Shown piece by piece: positions 42,473 to 55,913 of a DNA stretch of 64,000 bases. The notes under the pieces are model-generated. The model saw only the letters and a program-made list of their open reading frames with translations, was not told the DNA's origin and searched no databases. A program made the position numbers and the translations under genes. The DNA is from Cyanophora paradoxa CCMP329. Taxonomy: Eukaryota > Plantae > Glaucophyta. How positions within the stretch are numbered: the first letter of the stretch is position 1; each line of letters begins with the position of its first letter. The stretch lies in assembly GCA_004431415.1 (NCBI GenBank), contig QPMI01000152.1:124001-188000 (forward strand), in the 5' to 3' direction.

Positions 42473-45400
42473 ATGTTCGAGAGGGTTGCAGCGGACCTTC
42501 TGAGTCGCCTGCTCGGCGAATATCTAGAGGGCATCAATGCGGCCAACCTGGGCGTTGCGCTCTGGGGCGGTGCGGCGTCCCCGAGAATGCGCTCGCATCT
42601 CATACAGCGCACGCGAGCGCCGGGGACATCGCGCCGATGCGTACGCATGCAGGCGACCTGACGCTGGAGAATGTCAGCATACGCAAGAGTGCTCTCGACT
42701 TCCTAGACCTCCCATACAGCATCAAGGAGGGTGCGCCGTCGAACGCGAAGCGCCGCAGCGCGCTGCTCGACCCGGGTCAGCTCACCGAATCTCCCGGTCC
42801 GAGCAGGCTTTGTCGGCCGGCTGCGCCTCCAGCTGCCGTGGCGGGCGCTGCGCTCGAAGCCGGCCATCGTCACGCTCGAGCGGGTCCTGCTGCTGGCCGA
42901 GCGCAAGGTTTGACGCCCCCTCGGCGGAAGGCGCGAAGGGCTGAGCACCCGCAGGCGCCCTCTCGCGAGGCGCGCAGGCGGAAGGAGGATGAGTCCAAGG
43001 CGAAGAAGCTCGCGGCGGCCGAGGAGCAGGACCGCGCCACCTTCGCCCAAGGTGCCGCCGGCCGCCGCCTCAGCGCCGCGGGAGCGCCGACGGGCGGCGG
43101 CGCAGCGGCGGGGCTGCAGGCGGCGGCCTCCTCCTCGGCGGCGGTGGGGCGGATCGGCTCCTGGGTCGAGAAGCTTCTCACATCTGTCCTCTCGAACGTG
43201 CAGGTCATCATCTCCAGGTGCGCCCCGCGCCCCGGCATGCCGGCCCGGCGCCGCGCGACCGGCACCGGCCGCAGCGTCCACTTCCGCTTCGAGGACGCCG
43301 TCACGAGCCCCGAGGTGCCCCGCGGCCGCCCCCCCGCGCCCGCGCCCGCCACCCCCCGACGCGGGCGTGGCGGCGGGGCCAGCACCCGTTCGCGTTCGGT
43401 GTGACGATGGAGGCGCTCTCGGCGCGTTCGTGCGACGCGCGCTGGCAGCCAGCGTACGTGGACCCCGGCCTGGGCGGGGCCGGCTTCCTGTACAAGCTCC
43501 TGCGCTGGGAGTCCTTCGCCGTCTACTGGGACTACGACACGCCCCCCATGCGCGTCGGCGCCCCCTCCGACTGGGCCGCCCGCATGCTCGCCCAGGCTCG
43601 CAGCCGCCCCCGCCGGCCCTCCTCCTCCGCCCGCCCCTCTCTGAGGCCGCCCCGCAGATCCCGGGGAAGGGCGGGGCGGTGCCGGGCCAGCAGTGCCTCC
43701 TGGCGCCCGTCACCGCCAACATCCGGGTGCGCGCGGGGCCGGCCCGGCGGCGCCCCTCGCCCTGAGCCGGGCCTCCCCCCAGCTCACGATGTGGCTCTCC
43801 TCGGGGGCGGTGACGTCGGCGAGTGCCCCGCCCAAGTTCGACGTCGAGGCGCGCCGCCCCGCCCCGCCCCTCCACGGCAACCGCTCTAGAAGGGGCTTCC
43901 TCCCGGCAGGTGGAGTTCGACGAGATCGCGTACCGCCTCGCGGACGCGCAGTACCGAGACCTCCTCTGGCTCCTCGAGGCCGGTTGCGACGAGCACGAGG
44001 GCGAGCAGGAGGACGAGGACGAGGAGGAGGAGGAGGAGGGGGGGGGCGAGGCCGGGGGCCCCGCGGCGCGCTGGCGGCGGGCGGTGGGGCGGCTCATCCG
44101 GCGGCGGCGGCGGCGGTGGCGATGGGCGCGCATCCTGGAGCGGGCGCGGGCGCGGCGGGAGTACGTGATCGCGTACGGGAAGCGGCTGCTGGGGGCGGAG
44201 GGCCCCGAGGAGCGGGCGGCGCTCGCCCGCCTGGAGCGGGCCCTCAGCCTCGAGGAGGTCCTCCTCTTCCGCGCCGTCGCCAAGGTCGCCTGCGCCCGCG
44301 AGCAGCGCGCCCGCGCCGAGGCCGGCCCCGCCCCGCCCGGCCCCGCCCCGGCACCGACGCCAAGGCCAAGCCGCCCCCGCCGCCACCGCCGAGGACGAGG
44401 GCGAGGAGGGCGAGGAGGAAGAGGACGAGGAGGAGGAGGGGACCTCGCGGGGCCAGTCGTGGGGCGCGTGGGCGGCGAGCTGGGTGCCCGGGGCCCGCTG
44501 GGCCGCCTCGGCGGTGGCGCGCGCGGCGGGGCGGCCTCGGGCGGCGGCCAAGCGCGAGGCGGAGCGGCGCGCCATCGAGCAGTTCGACCCCCGCGGCGCC
44601 TCCACCCAGGAGGCCAGCCGTCTCGCCCCCCCACGCCCCCCTGCTCCCGTGTACCCCTCCGAGCGCCCCGCTCGCGCAGGTGTGGGAGCAGTTCTACCGG
44701 GCCGTGGACGCGGAGATCGCGGACCTGGCGGCCGAGGGGGGCCCGGCGGCCCCGCCCTCGGGCCTCGCCCGCGACTGGGACCAGACCCGCCTCCGCATCG
44801 CCGTCCCCGCCGGCTCCCTCTCCCTCGTCCGCGCCGTCGGCGCCCCGCCCCCGGGCTACGAGGGTCCCCGCCCCGCCCCGCCCCGCCCCGCGGCCCTCCG
44901 TCTCGCTCAGCGCGCCCCAGGCCCGCTGTACGAGCGGCCGGGCCCCCTCACGATCATCCGCTGGTGCGCGCGCGCTCGCTCGCGGCCCCTCACGCGCGCC
45001 CGCGCGGCCGCCGCTGAGGCGGCAGGGCAGGACCTTCTCGGACCTGGGCGCCCGCCTCGCCCTCCGCCCCGACTCCTACCGCCTCGAGGCCCGCCCGCCC
45101 GCCCGCCCTCCCTCCCTTTCCCTTCCGCCTGCCGCGGGGCGGGCGCCTGACGCCTGCTGCGGCGCAGAGCTCCATGCGGACGATGGCGATCCACGCCTTC
45201 GACCGCGGCGAGGCGCGCCCGCCCGCGCCCCGCCGGCGAGGCGCGGCGCGGCGCGGCGCTCGCTAACTCGAGGGCGGCGGGGCGCAGATGCGGGAGGTGG
45301 TGTGCCGGGCGGCGAGCAAGCAGGACGTCTTCGCGCCGCTCGCCGACGAGCGACCCTCCCACCACGCCTCCGTCCGCCCCCGCGCCCGCCGCCCCCGCCG

Positions 45401-48400
45401 CCCCTCCGCCCCCGACGCCCCGCAGCTCTTCCGGACGGCGTACGAGTCGCGCCCCTCGGAGGGCTCGGCCCACCCCGCCCTCGCGCTGTACATGCAGCCC
45501 CTCCAGGTCTCCCGCACGCGCGCCCCCTCGCCCCCGCCCCCTCCTCACGCCTCCCCTTCAGGTGACGTACACGCGCTTCTGGGTGAAGAGCGCGGTGGCC
45601 TTCTTCGACGCGCCGGCGAGCGCGCCGCTGGCGGGCCTGCAGGCGGCGGCGCTCTCGCGGCTGGAGGACCTGCGCGCCGCCACGCAGCGCCGCGTGGAGG
45701 CCGCTCTCGCGCAGCACCACGCCACCGAGGCCCGCCGCCGCCCTCGAGGCCCTCCTCTCTCTCTTACGGGCGGGGCAGGTCTTCGTGGACGTGCAGGCGC
45801 CCATCGTCCTCATCCCCGACGTCCACGACCCCAGTGCGCCCCGCCGCCCGGCCCGCCCAGACGGGCTGGCCGCTCGTTCACTCCCCGCCCAGGCGGGGAC
45901 GGCGCGGCGCTGGTGGCCGACTTCGGGCGGCTGACGGTGACGAGCGACCTGCGCTCGCCGGCGCAGCGGCTGGCGGGGCCGGGGGCGCTGGAGGGGGAGG
46001 ACGCGGCCTACGACCGCTTCGCGATGCGCTTCTCGGGGCTCCAGCTGCAGCTCTGCCCCCGCCTCTCCCGCGCCGCCGCCGCCTCCGAGCAGCTCCTCGA
46101 CCGCTTCGACCTCGCCGGCGTCCTCGCCCTCCCCGTTCTCAGCGCGGCGGAGCTCCCCGCGGCGCCCCGCTGCCGCCTCTCGCTGGACCTTCCCAACCTC
46201 GCCCTCTCCCTCTCCACCCGCCAGTCCATCCACTTCGCCCGCGTCATCAACGCCTGCCGCGCCCCGCGCCCCGCCCCCGGCCCCGCCCCGGCCCCCGCCC
46301 CGGCCCCGGCACAGGCGCCGGCCTCGTTCGCGCCGGCGGGGAAGCGCTCGTTCGGGTTCGACGCGGGGGCGACGCCCTCGCTGCTGCCGCCGCCGACGCC
46401 GCCGCCCCCGCCCGGCACTCGCTCCCGGCCCGCCTCGACTCGGCCTCGGCGTCCATGGCCGCCCGCCGCCTCCAGCGCGAGTGGACCGCCCGCGAGGCGC
46501 GCCACGTCCGGCCCCTTCCCCCCTCCTCCCACCCGCTTGACCCGCCCCGCAGCTCTCCCCGGAAGCGGCGGAGGAGCTGGCGATGCTGGACGAGTGGTCC
46601 TCGGCGGCGCTGGGCGTGGGGGCGGCTCCCCCGGCTCCCAGCGCGGAGGCGGCCGAGGCAAACGTCGTCTCCCTCGAGCTCCGCTTCGCCGTCGGCCGCA
46701 TCGCCCTCGAGCTCCGCCGCGAGCGCCCGGGCGCCCCCGCCGGGCCGGCCGGGCCCGAGGCGGCCACGGAGGCGATCCTGCGGGCGCGGCTCGGGGGCGC
46801 CTCGGCGCAGTACACCTCCGCCCTGCACGACGCGCGCTTCGCCATGCGCCTCCACTCCCTCGCCCTCGACGACCCCCTACAGGCCCGCCCCGCCCCCCCC
46901 CCCCCACTCTTTGTTTTCCCTTTCTGCCGCACCCTTCCGCTCGACCCCCGTTCCCCGCGCGGCCTCGAGCCCCGGCCCCGCGGTTTTGGGCGGTCGTAGA
47001 TCTCGGCCCCTGTCCCTCCGCCAACCCGACCGCTTTTCCCCGCGCGGCCACGCCCCCGGCCATGGCCCCTCGGTACTACCGGTCGTAGATCCTGCCCCTT
47101 CTTTCTCGCCCAACCCCTATCGACCGCCGTTCCCCGCGCGGCCACGCCACTGGCCATGGCCCCTCGGTTTTTACCGGTCGTAGATCCCACCCCCATTCTT
47201 GCCCAACCCCTCCCGACCGCCGTTCCCCGCGCGGCCACGCCACTGGCCATGGCCCCTCGGTTTTTACCGGTCGTAGATCCCGCACCCCCATTCTTGCCCA
47301 ACCCCTCCCGACCGCCGTTCCCCGCGCGGCCACGCCACTGGCCATGGCCCCTCGGTTTTTACCGGTCGTAGATCCCGCACCCCCATTCTTGCCCAACCCC
47401 TCCCGACCGCCGTTCCCCGCGCGGCCACGCCACTGGCCATGGCCCCTCGGTTTTTATCGGTCGTAGATCCCTTTCACATCCCCTCTTCTCTTCTCCCGAC
47501 CCTGTCCCCCGCACGGCCGCGCCAGCAGAGAGCAATGGCCCAGCGGTCTTAAATGGTCGAAGATCCCCCTAGCCTGCCCCCCGGCCCCCGCCAGCCCCCC
47601 CCCAAACCACCAAAAACGGCGGCTCACGCCAGCCGCGCAGGAGCACGGCCCGGCGTTCGCGCGGCTCGCGTGGTCCGAGGCGGAGGGCCCGGAAGCCCCT
47701 GCCGGCGCCTCCTCGCCCCAGAAGGAGGCCGCACCCTCCGACGGCGCGCTTTCGCCCCGCCCCGTCAGCCGCGCGCCCCGCTCGGTTTTTGCCTGACGGT
47801 GGGGCAGGGGAGGACCTGATCCGGTTCGAGTACGTGGGGACCGAGGAGACGGCCCCGCACTACGACGGCGTCGCCTCCACCGTGCGGCCCCCTCGCCCCG
47901 CCCCCTCGCCCCCCGGGCCCACCTCGACGGCCTCGCCGCAGGTCGACGTCGCGTTCAACCGCCTCCACGTCCTCTGCAACCGGTGCCCGCGCGCCTCGAG
48001 CCGGCCCCCGCCGCTCTTCTCCCTAAGCCTAAACCGCGGTGTTCCTCGCCCCTCGCTCGCAGGGAGACGGTGGTGGCCGTCCTCGACTTTGCGGACGCTG
48101 TCTCCGCGGGGCAGGCACACGAGGCCCCCGCACCCGCCCCCGCCCCAGCCCCCGCCCCGCACCCGCACCTCGTCGCTGCAGCCGCCCTCCCTCCGGCCCC
48201 GCGCCCCGCCGCCCCGCACACCCCGCTCCCCGGCCCCCACGCCCCCGCCCCGCCCACGACCCCCGCGAAGACGCCGGGGCCGCCGGCCGCTTCTGCACCC
48301 GCGGCGGTGGCGGGGCCGGCGGTGCGGACGGTGCTGCGGGGACGGCTGGGGTCGCTCTCGGTGGACCTGCAGCAGGGCGGGCGCCTGCTCGCCTCGGGCA

Positions 48401-51400
48401 CCGTCGCTGACGCCGCCTTCGAGGCCCGCCCCGCCTGCCCCTCGCCCCTTGTACACCTTCGGAGCTCTGAGGCGGGGCCAGGTGTGGTCGGAGGCGGGGC
48501 GGCTGGAGTTCACGGGGCGCCTCAACCGCATCCTCCTCGCCGACCACACGGACCGCGCCGTCACCCGCAACGTCCTCTACGGCCCGCTCCGCCCCGCCCC
48601 GCCCCGGCCCGCCCCGCCACCCTGGCCCCCCGCTGAGAGAGCCGGCCCGCAGGGAAGGACGCGGCCGAGTGGCGCTACGTCAGCACCGACGCCGCCACCG
48701 ACGTCCGCATCAAGGCCCGCCCCCCGCCCCTCCCCGCCCCTGCCTCCCCGCCCCGCGCTGACGCCCTTGGCAGATGTCGACGGTGACGGGCTACTACGTG
48801 ACCCGCTACCTCTCCGACGTCGGCGTGCGCCCCGCCCCCGCCCTGTGTCCCGCCCCGCTGAGCCAGCGCAGGCCTACTTCCGGGAGATGCGGGGCATGCA
48901 CAGCGCCCTCGACTCCACCGCCCTCGAGGCCGCCAAGGCGCGCCCGCCGCCCCCCGCCTCCCGTCCATCTCCTGAAGTGAGGCGGGGGGGCAGGCGACGC
49001 AGGCGCGGGCGGCGGCGGCGGCGGAGGCGCTGCGGCACCGCTCCTTCACGCTCGACGTGGCGCTGGCGAGCCCGTGCCTCTACCTCCTCGAGGAGCTCCC
49101 GGCGGGGAGCCTCGAGCGGCCCCGCGCCGTCGCCCTCCGCGGCTCCTTCCACATGAACTACTCGGACGTCGAGGCGCGCCACCCCCTTTCCCCGCCCCTC
49201 GCTTCTCCGCCCCGCGTGACGGGCCGCGGGCAGCACACGGGGGCGGGCGGGGGCGGGGCCGGGGGCAGCCCGCGCGGGGGCGGGGCGCGGGGGCGGACGT
49301 GCTTTGTGGCGTCGGCGGACGGGCTAGAGGCGACGGCGCTGCGGGTGCAGGAGGAGGCGGCGACGGCGCGCACCGTCATCGAGCCCTTCCGCATGGGCCT
49401 CTCCTACGTCGTCACCTCCGTCCCCGCCCGCGGCATCGCGGCGAGCCTCGCCGACGGCCCGCCCCCGCTCTTCCCCGAGCTCAAGGCCTGGGAGCTCGAC
49501 GTCAAGCCCGTCGACGTCCGCCTCTCCCCTGAGGACGCCGCCACCATCGGCGCCGTCCTCGCCGCCCTCGGCGGCGGCGGCAGCAGCAGCGAGGCCGAGG
49601 CCGAGGCCGCGCCGGGGGAGAAGGCCGCGCCGGAGGCCGGCGCGCCCGCTGCGGAGGCGGCCGGCGCCCCGGCGGCGGCGGCGGCCGCCTCGCCGCGGAA
49701 CGCGGCGGGGGCCCCCGCGGGAATCCCGTGGACGAAGCGGCTGCGGGAGGGGGCGCGGGTGGCGATCCGGGCGACGGCGGGCGCCGGCTCCCCCGCCGGC
49801 TTCTTCGTGGCGTCCTACTACGGCCCGGCGCAGGCGCACGTCCTGCGGCTCGCCCCCGAGGCGACCGCCGAGGAGCCCCGCGCCCAGTTCCTCGTCCACT
49901 ACCTCGAGCAGGCGCGCCCGCCCGGGCGCCGCTAGGCGCCGCGGCCCGCTCCGTCTCCTCTGAGCGTGGCGGGCAGGACCAGGACGAGTTCGTGCTGCTG
50001 GCGGCCGGCGTGCTGGACCCCCGCTCCCGCCGCTACCTCCGCCTCGACGCCTCCGACTCGGGCGACCGCACCGTCCGCCCGCCCGCCCCCCTCGCGCCGG
50101 CCCGCCCGCCCCGTCTGAGGGCAGGGGGCAGATCCTGGCGCGGGCGCCCTCGGACGCGGGGGCGCTGCGCTTCCGGATGGCGACGGGGGCCGGGGACAGC
50201 CGGCGGTGCACGCTGCGGGCGCGCACGGCGCGCGGGGCGCAGCTCTACTGGGGCCTCGACTCGGCGCACGGCGCCGCCTCCCTCACCGAGCGCCTCCCCG
50301 GCTTCTTCCTCGAGATCCACCTCCTCTTCCCCGTCCGCCCCCCTTTGCTCTGCTCTTCTTCTTCCTCCTCTGAGCGGCCGCCCGCCGGCAGCCGCCCTCG
50401 GACGCGCACGCGCCGCCGCCCTCCCCGCGCGCCCTCCCCGCGCCCTCCCCAGCCGACCCCGAGGTGCCCCGCCCCGCGCCTCCCCCCGCCGCCGCCGCCG
50501 CCGGGCCGCCCGCTCAGGGGCCGCGCAGGAGGGGGCGCCGGCGACGCGGCAGACGCTGAAGCTCGCGGCGGAGCGCTTCACGCTCACCGTCATCGACGAC
50601 ACGGGCCAGGCTCGCCTCCTCCCTCTCCTCTCCTCCCTCGCCCTCCGGCCTCTGACGCGGGGACGGGCGAGCAGGACCAGCAGGTGGTGCCCCTCGCGGA
50701 CTTCCGCATGGAGGGCCTGAGCCTCGACTACGAGAACTGGTCGACGCACCCGCGCCTCGTCCTCTCCGCCCGCGCCGCGGTGGACTACTTCGACATCAAC
50801 GAGGCCCGCTGGGCGCCCGTCGTCTCCCCCTGCACCCTCGCCCTCGCCCTCGACGACGCGCGCGGGGCGGCGCCCCCGGGGCCCCGCCGCATCACGCTGG
50901 GCGTCAAGGACCGGCTGGACCTCCTCGTCACGCACTCGTTCGTGGAGACGCTGGGGGCCACCCTGCCCCGCCTCGCCCGCATCGCCACGGGGGCCCCGCC
51001 GGCCGGCCCCGCCGCCCCCGGCCCCGCCTCGCCCACCGCCGCGTCCGCCGGGGAGGGCGGCGGGCCGGCGCCGCGGGCGTACAGCCCGTACTGGATCCGC
51101 AACGACACGGGGCGCGCGTCTGGTACTGGACGGACGGGGCCGAGCCGGCGTCGGACACGGCAACGCTGGTGGAGAGCGGGGCGGAGCGGGCGCTGCTCTT
51201 CGCGGGGCGCGGGCCCGAGGCGCGGCGGGCCGACTTGCGCGGCGACCGGCACGCCATCGCCGTGCAGGTCGAGGGGTACGAGCCCGTGCGCGGCATCACC
51301 GTCGGCCGCGCCGGCCGCTCCGCGCGGCAGCTCGCGGGGCCCCGCGGAGCCCCCGCCCCGCCCTCCTCGCCCCACTCGATCCTGGTGGACGTGTCGGCGC

Positions 51401-54400
51401 GGGAGGGGAGCGTGCTGCTCCACCTGCGCTCGCCCCTCGTCGTGTGCAACAACACCGCCGTGCCCCTGGAGCTCAACGCCCGCCTTGAGGCTGCCGCCCG
51501 CGCCCCCGAGGCGCCCCCGACCCTCTTCCCCGAGCACGCCCCGGGCGCCCCTGCCGCCCCCCCGCCCGCGCGGCGCCCTCCCGGCCCCCCCCAACGAGGT
51601 CGTCCTCGTCGTGCCCCCGCACGGCGGCGTGCGCGCGCTGCCGCCGCGCTTTGCGGCGGGGGCGCGGCTCTTCGCGCGGCCGGAGCAGCGGCCGTACGCG
51701 TGGTCGCAGGACCTGATGCCCCTCAAGCGCTCCCTCCGCCTCTTCGACCTCGTCTCCTGCACCTCCGCCGAGCACGGCGTCTTCAAGTACGCCGTCGAGG
51801 CGCGTAGTACCCGCTTCCTACCCCCCGTCCCCCTTCCCCCCGTCACGCCGCCCTCAGGTGAACTCGGAGCTGGGGGTACCCGGGCTGGACGTGCACGCCT
51901 TCACGCTGCACCCGCCCGTCACCCTCCGCTCCGCCCTCCCCTACGAGCTCGCCTACCAGCTCCTCCAGGGCCCCCCCAACTGGCCCCAGGGCTCCCTCGC
52001 CCCCGCCGCCGCCGGCCGCCTCCGCCCGCCCCCCGGGGGCGATGCCGTGCACGTCCACACGTGCGACCCGGGCCGCGAGCTCTCCCTCCGCCTCGAGCTC
52101 GCCCCGCCCCCGCCCTCGGCCTCGCCCTCGGCCTCGGCCCCCCGCGCCGCCTTCCGCCCCGTCGCTGTCACCCTCGCCCCGCCCTCGGGCCTCGCCGCCT
52201 CCCTCGCCGTCCCCCCTGCGCCCTGCGCGGCGGAGCCCGAGGGACCGGGGGCGTGCCGGGCGGCGCTGGACGTGGAGGCGCGCCTGGGGATCCCCCTCGC
52301 CGAGCTCGAGGGCGCCGGCATCGCAGTCGGCCCCGCCCGCCCCGGGCCCGCCCCGGGCCCCGCCTCCCTCTTCGCCCCCTCCCTCGTGCCTCGGCGGGAC
52401 GGGGCGGTGGTCGTCACCGTCTCGTGCCCCGCGCTGCTCTACAACGAGACGGGGGAGGCCCTGCAGGTCGCCCTCACGCCCTCGGAGCGCGAGGCCTCCC
52501 CGCCCCTCTCCGACCCCCGCGCCCCGCTCCTCTGGTCCGCCGACCGCCTCTTCCTCCGCCTCGGCCGGTACGCGCCTTCCCTCTAGCCCCTCTAGCATCG
52601 AGCTCGAGCCGGCGGGGGCGCAGGTCGGCGTGGCTCTCGCGGCCCCTGGAGCTCCTCGCCGTCGGCTCCACCTCCGCCCTCTCCCTCCGCCGCGACGCCG
52701 TGCCCGCCCCGCGCCCTGCCCCCCCGCCCCCGCCGCCCCTGCTGCAGTGTCTGACGCGCCCCCTCGCCATGCGCAGGGCTCGCAGTCGCCGGAGGTGGTG
52801 GAGGTGGGGGTGTCCGTGGCGCCGGCCCCGCCGGAGCTGGGCCTGGGCCCCCGCACGAAGCTCGTCCGCCTGGCCCCGCGCTTCCTCCTCCACAACCGCC
52901 TCGACCGGCCCCTCTCCCTCCGCCAGCGGGTCCCTGCCTTCCCCGCCCTTCCCCTCCCGATTGTTCTGAGAGCCCGCCCTCCAGACGGCGTCGGGCCCGC
53001 GGATGAAGAAGGTGACGGTGGGGCCCGGGGAGCGGCGGGCCTTCCACCGTGCGGACGGCGGGGAGGCGGCGCACCTCTGCGCCGGCTTCGGGGACGCCGC
53101 CGCCGTCGACTGGGGCTGGTCCGGCGGCATCCCCATCGACGCCCTCGGCCCGCCTCCCTCGCTCTCCTCCCTCCTCTCTTATTCTTCGCGTTTCTGAGTC
53201 CCGGGACGGGCCGCAGGGACGGTGGAGTTCCGGATACGGAAGCGCCCGCCGCCGCTCCTGCGCTCCCCGTCGGGCATCGCCCTGCGCTCCGCCGCGGCCC
53301 CCGCCCCGCCCCCCTCCTCCGCCTCCTTCTCCCACTCGCCCTCCCCCTCGCCCTCCCCCTCGCCCGCGCCCTCGCGGGACTCGTACATCTGCTCGGCGGA
53401 GATCGCGATGGAGGGCCCGACGGCCGTCGTCACGTTCCTTCCCGAGGCCGAGACCGTCCCCCCGTACCGCATCGTCAACGCCACCTCCGAGACACTCCTC
53501 TTCTACCAGAAGGCCCGCTCTCCCATGCCCCCCGAGCTCTACCCCCCCCTCCCATGACTGTCGCCGGGCGCAGGGCGTGGCGGGGGCGCTGCCGCCGGGC
53601 CCGGACGCGGCGAAGGACGAGCTGGCCCCCGGGAGCGCGGTGCCGTACGCGTGGGACGACCCGCTGGGCGCCCGCGTCCTCGTCGTCGAGGTCCTGGGCG
53701 AGGCCCTCGCCATGGAGGTGCCCCTCGACACCATCCGGGCGCACCGGCCCGAGCGGCTGCGCGGGGAGTACCACCTGCAGGCCGAGGTCGAGCCGGACGG
53801 CCCCACGCGCGTCCTCACCGTGCGGCCGGACGACGCGCTGGGGCGGGGGGCGGCGGGGCGGGCGGAGGAGGAGGCGCGGGCCTTCCAGGCGCTGAAGTCG
53901 GTGGCGGGGGCGGAGAGCCACCTCGCGGTGGGCCTCGAGGAGCTCGCCGCCGCCGTCTTCGGCGAGCGCCTCGAGGAGGCGCGCCCGCCTTCGTCTTCCC
54001 CCTAGCGCCCTCTGACCGCTTTTTCTATCAGGTGCTCTCGGTGCAGCTGCGGGGCCTGGCGCTGGACTACCGCTCCTCCCCGGCCGCCACCTGCGCCGAG
54101 TTCACATGCGCCTACATCCAGGCACGCCCGCCCTCCCCTGCCCTGAACCAAAGCTTCGAGCCTGCTCGCTTGCTTGCTCCCCGCTTACGCCGGCACCCGC
54201 CCTCTATTGCCCTCCCTCCCCCTCCCCCCATCCAGGCACGCCCGCCATGTTTTGACCCTCCGCTTCGCGCTTGCTCGCTTGCTCCCCTTGACGCCGGCGC
54301 CCGCGCAGGTGGACAACATGAAGCCGACGGCGCGCTTCCCCGTCGTCGTCTACCCCGCCACCGTCCTCCCCTCCGCGGGGGGGGAGCCCTCTCCCTCTTC

Positions 54401-55913
54401 TTCTTCCGCTTCCTCCGGGGCGCGGGAGGGCCCGGCGGCGGTCCCCTGGCTCACCGTCCGCCTCGCCAAGTCCCTCCGCTTCCCCTCCGTCTCCTACTTC
54501 ACCTACGCCTCCGTCCTCATGCAGGAGGCCCGCCCGCCCCGCCCCGCCCCTGCTGCCCGCCCGCTTCCGGTTCTTCCCCTTCTCACTTCCTCCTCGCAGG
54601 TCTTCCTGAAGCTGGACGACGACGTCGTGCTCTCTGCCGTGCGGCTCCTGCGCTGGCCCGGCGGGGGCGGCGGCGGCGGCGCGGGGGGCGGGGCGGGCGG
54701 GGAGGGGGCGGGGGCGGGGGCGGCGCGGCGCGAGCAGCGGCTCTACTTTGAGCTGCTCCAGATCCACCCCATCAAGGCCCGCCCCCAGCGCCAGTGCTCC
54801 GGCGCTCAGACAGGCCGATGTGGATCTGACGGGCGCCGCGCCCGCGTGCAGGTGAACTTCAGCTACGCGAGCGCGGCGGTGCACTCGGAGCCGGACCTCG
54901 CCTCGGCGGTCATCCGCACCCTCGTCCTCAACAACGTCAAGGACATCGACGGGGCCACCATCCGCCTCAACGGCTTCGAGCTCCGCCACGCCTTCGGCTC
55001 CGCCGAGGACTTCGCCGGCCAGGTCAAGCGCCACTACATGTGGCAGGTCCGCTCCCTCCCGCTCGCTCCCGCCGCCGCGCCGGCGCGCCGGGCGGCTCAA
55101 GGCGCGTCCGCGCTGCAGGGGACGCGGGAGGCGTACAAGCTCCTGGGCTCGCTGGAGATCCTGGGGGCCCCGATGGGCATCTTCAACAACGTCTCGGCGG
55201 GCGTCCGCGACTTCTTCTACGAGCCCGTCCTCGGCCTCCGCAGCGGGCCCGAGGAGATGGCCGCCGGCTTCCTCAAGGCACGCCCCGCCCCCGCCCCCCT
55301 TCTCTTCTCCGCTGAGGCCGGGGCGGGCAGGGGACGATGAGCCTGGTGCGGCACAGCGTGTCGGCGCTCTTCGAGTCGACGGGGAAGATGAGCGGGGCGG
55401 CCGGCAAGACCCTCGCCCAGCTCACCCTCGACAACGACGTCCGCTTGCCCCCCCCCCCCGCACCCCCGTACCCCCCCTCCTCACGCCCCGCAGTTCGCGG
55501 CGCAGCACCTGGAGCGGCGCTCGGCGGCGCCCTCGCCCCTCGGCATCGGCGAGGGCCTCGCCCAGGGCGCCTCCGACCTCTCCTCCGGCCTCGTCGGCGG
55601 CCTCGCCGGCGTCTTCCAGAGCGCCTTCAAGGGCGGCTCCCAGGGCGGGCCCGTCGGCTTCGTCGCGGGGCTGGGGCGCGGCGTCCTCGGCGCCCTCGTC
55701 AAGCCCACCGTGGGGGTACTGGACCTCGCGAGCCGCACCTCGGAGGGGATCCGCAACTTCGTCGTGCGCCGGGAGGAGCCGCAGCGGCTGCACCCCCCGG
55801 GGGCCCTCGCCGCCCGCTTCTTCCCCCCGACCGCCGAGTGGCACGCGGGGAGGGCCCCCGTCATCCGCCCGGGGCCCGCCGGCGGCGGCGGCGACCCCCT
55901 CGACCTCGACTAG
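42473..55913 (+). CDS. VPS13: VPS13-family bridge-like lipid transfer protein (many exons)
   Basis: Chorein_N MFERVAADLLSRLLGEYLEG...GDLTLENV...LDLP...LPW. VAB/SHR-BD repeats SPYWIRNDTG, LRSPLVVCNNT, PRFLLHNRL and PPYRIVNAT. C-terminal region YKLLGSLEILGAPMG...DFFYEP, GLGRGVLGALVKPTVGVLD. Confidence 0.9.
46945..47570. repeat. Intronic tandem array of about 7 units of ~95 bp
   Basis: The anchor ggtcg(t/a)agatc starts at 46992, 47081, 47176, 47269, 47364, 47459 and 47555. Central units are nearly identical and the flanking units are degenerate. Confidence 0.9.

Noticed and set aside
46945-47570. CRISPR array
   Set aside because: Units are repeated end to end with no unique spacers, lie inside a eukaryotic intron, and have no cas genes nearby.
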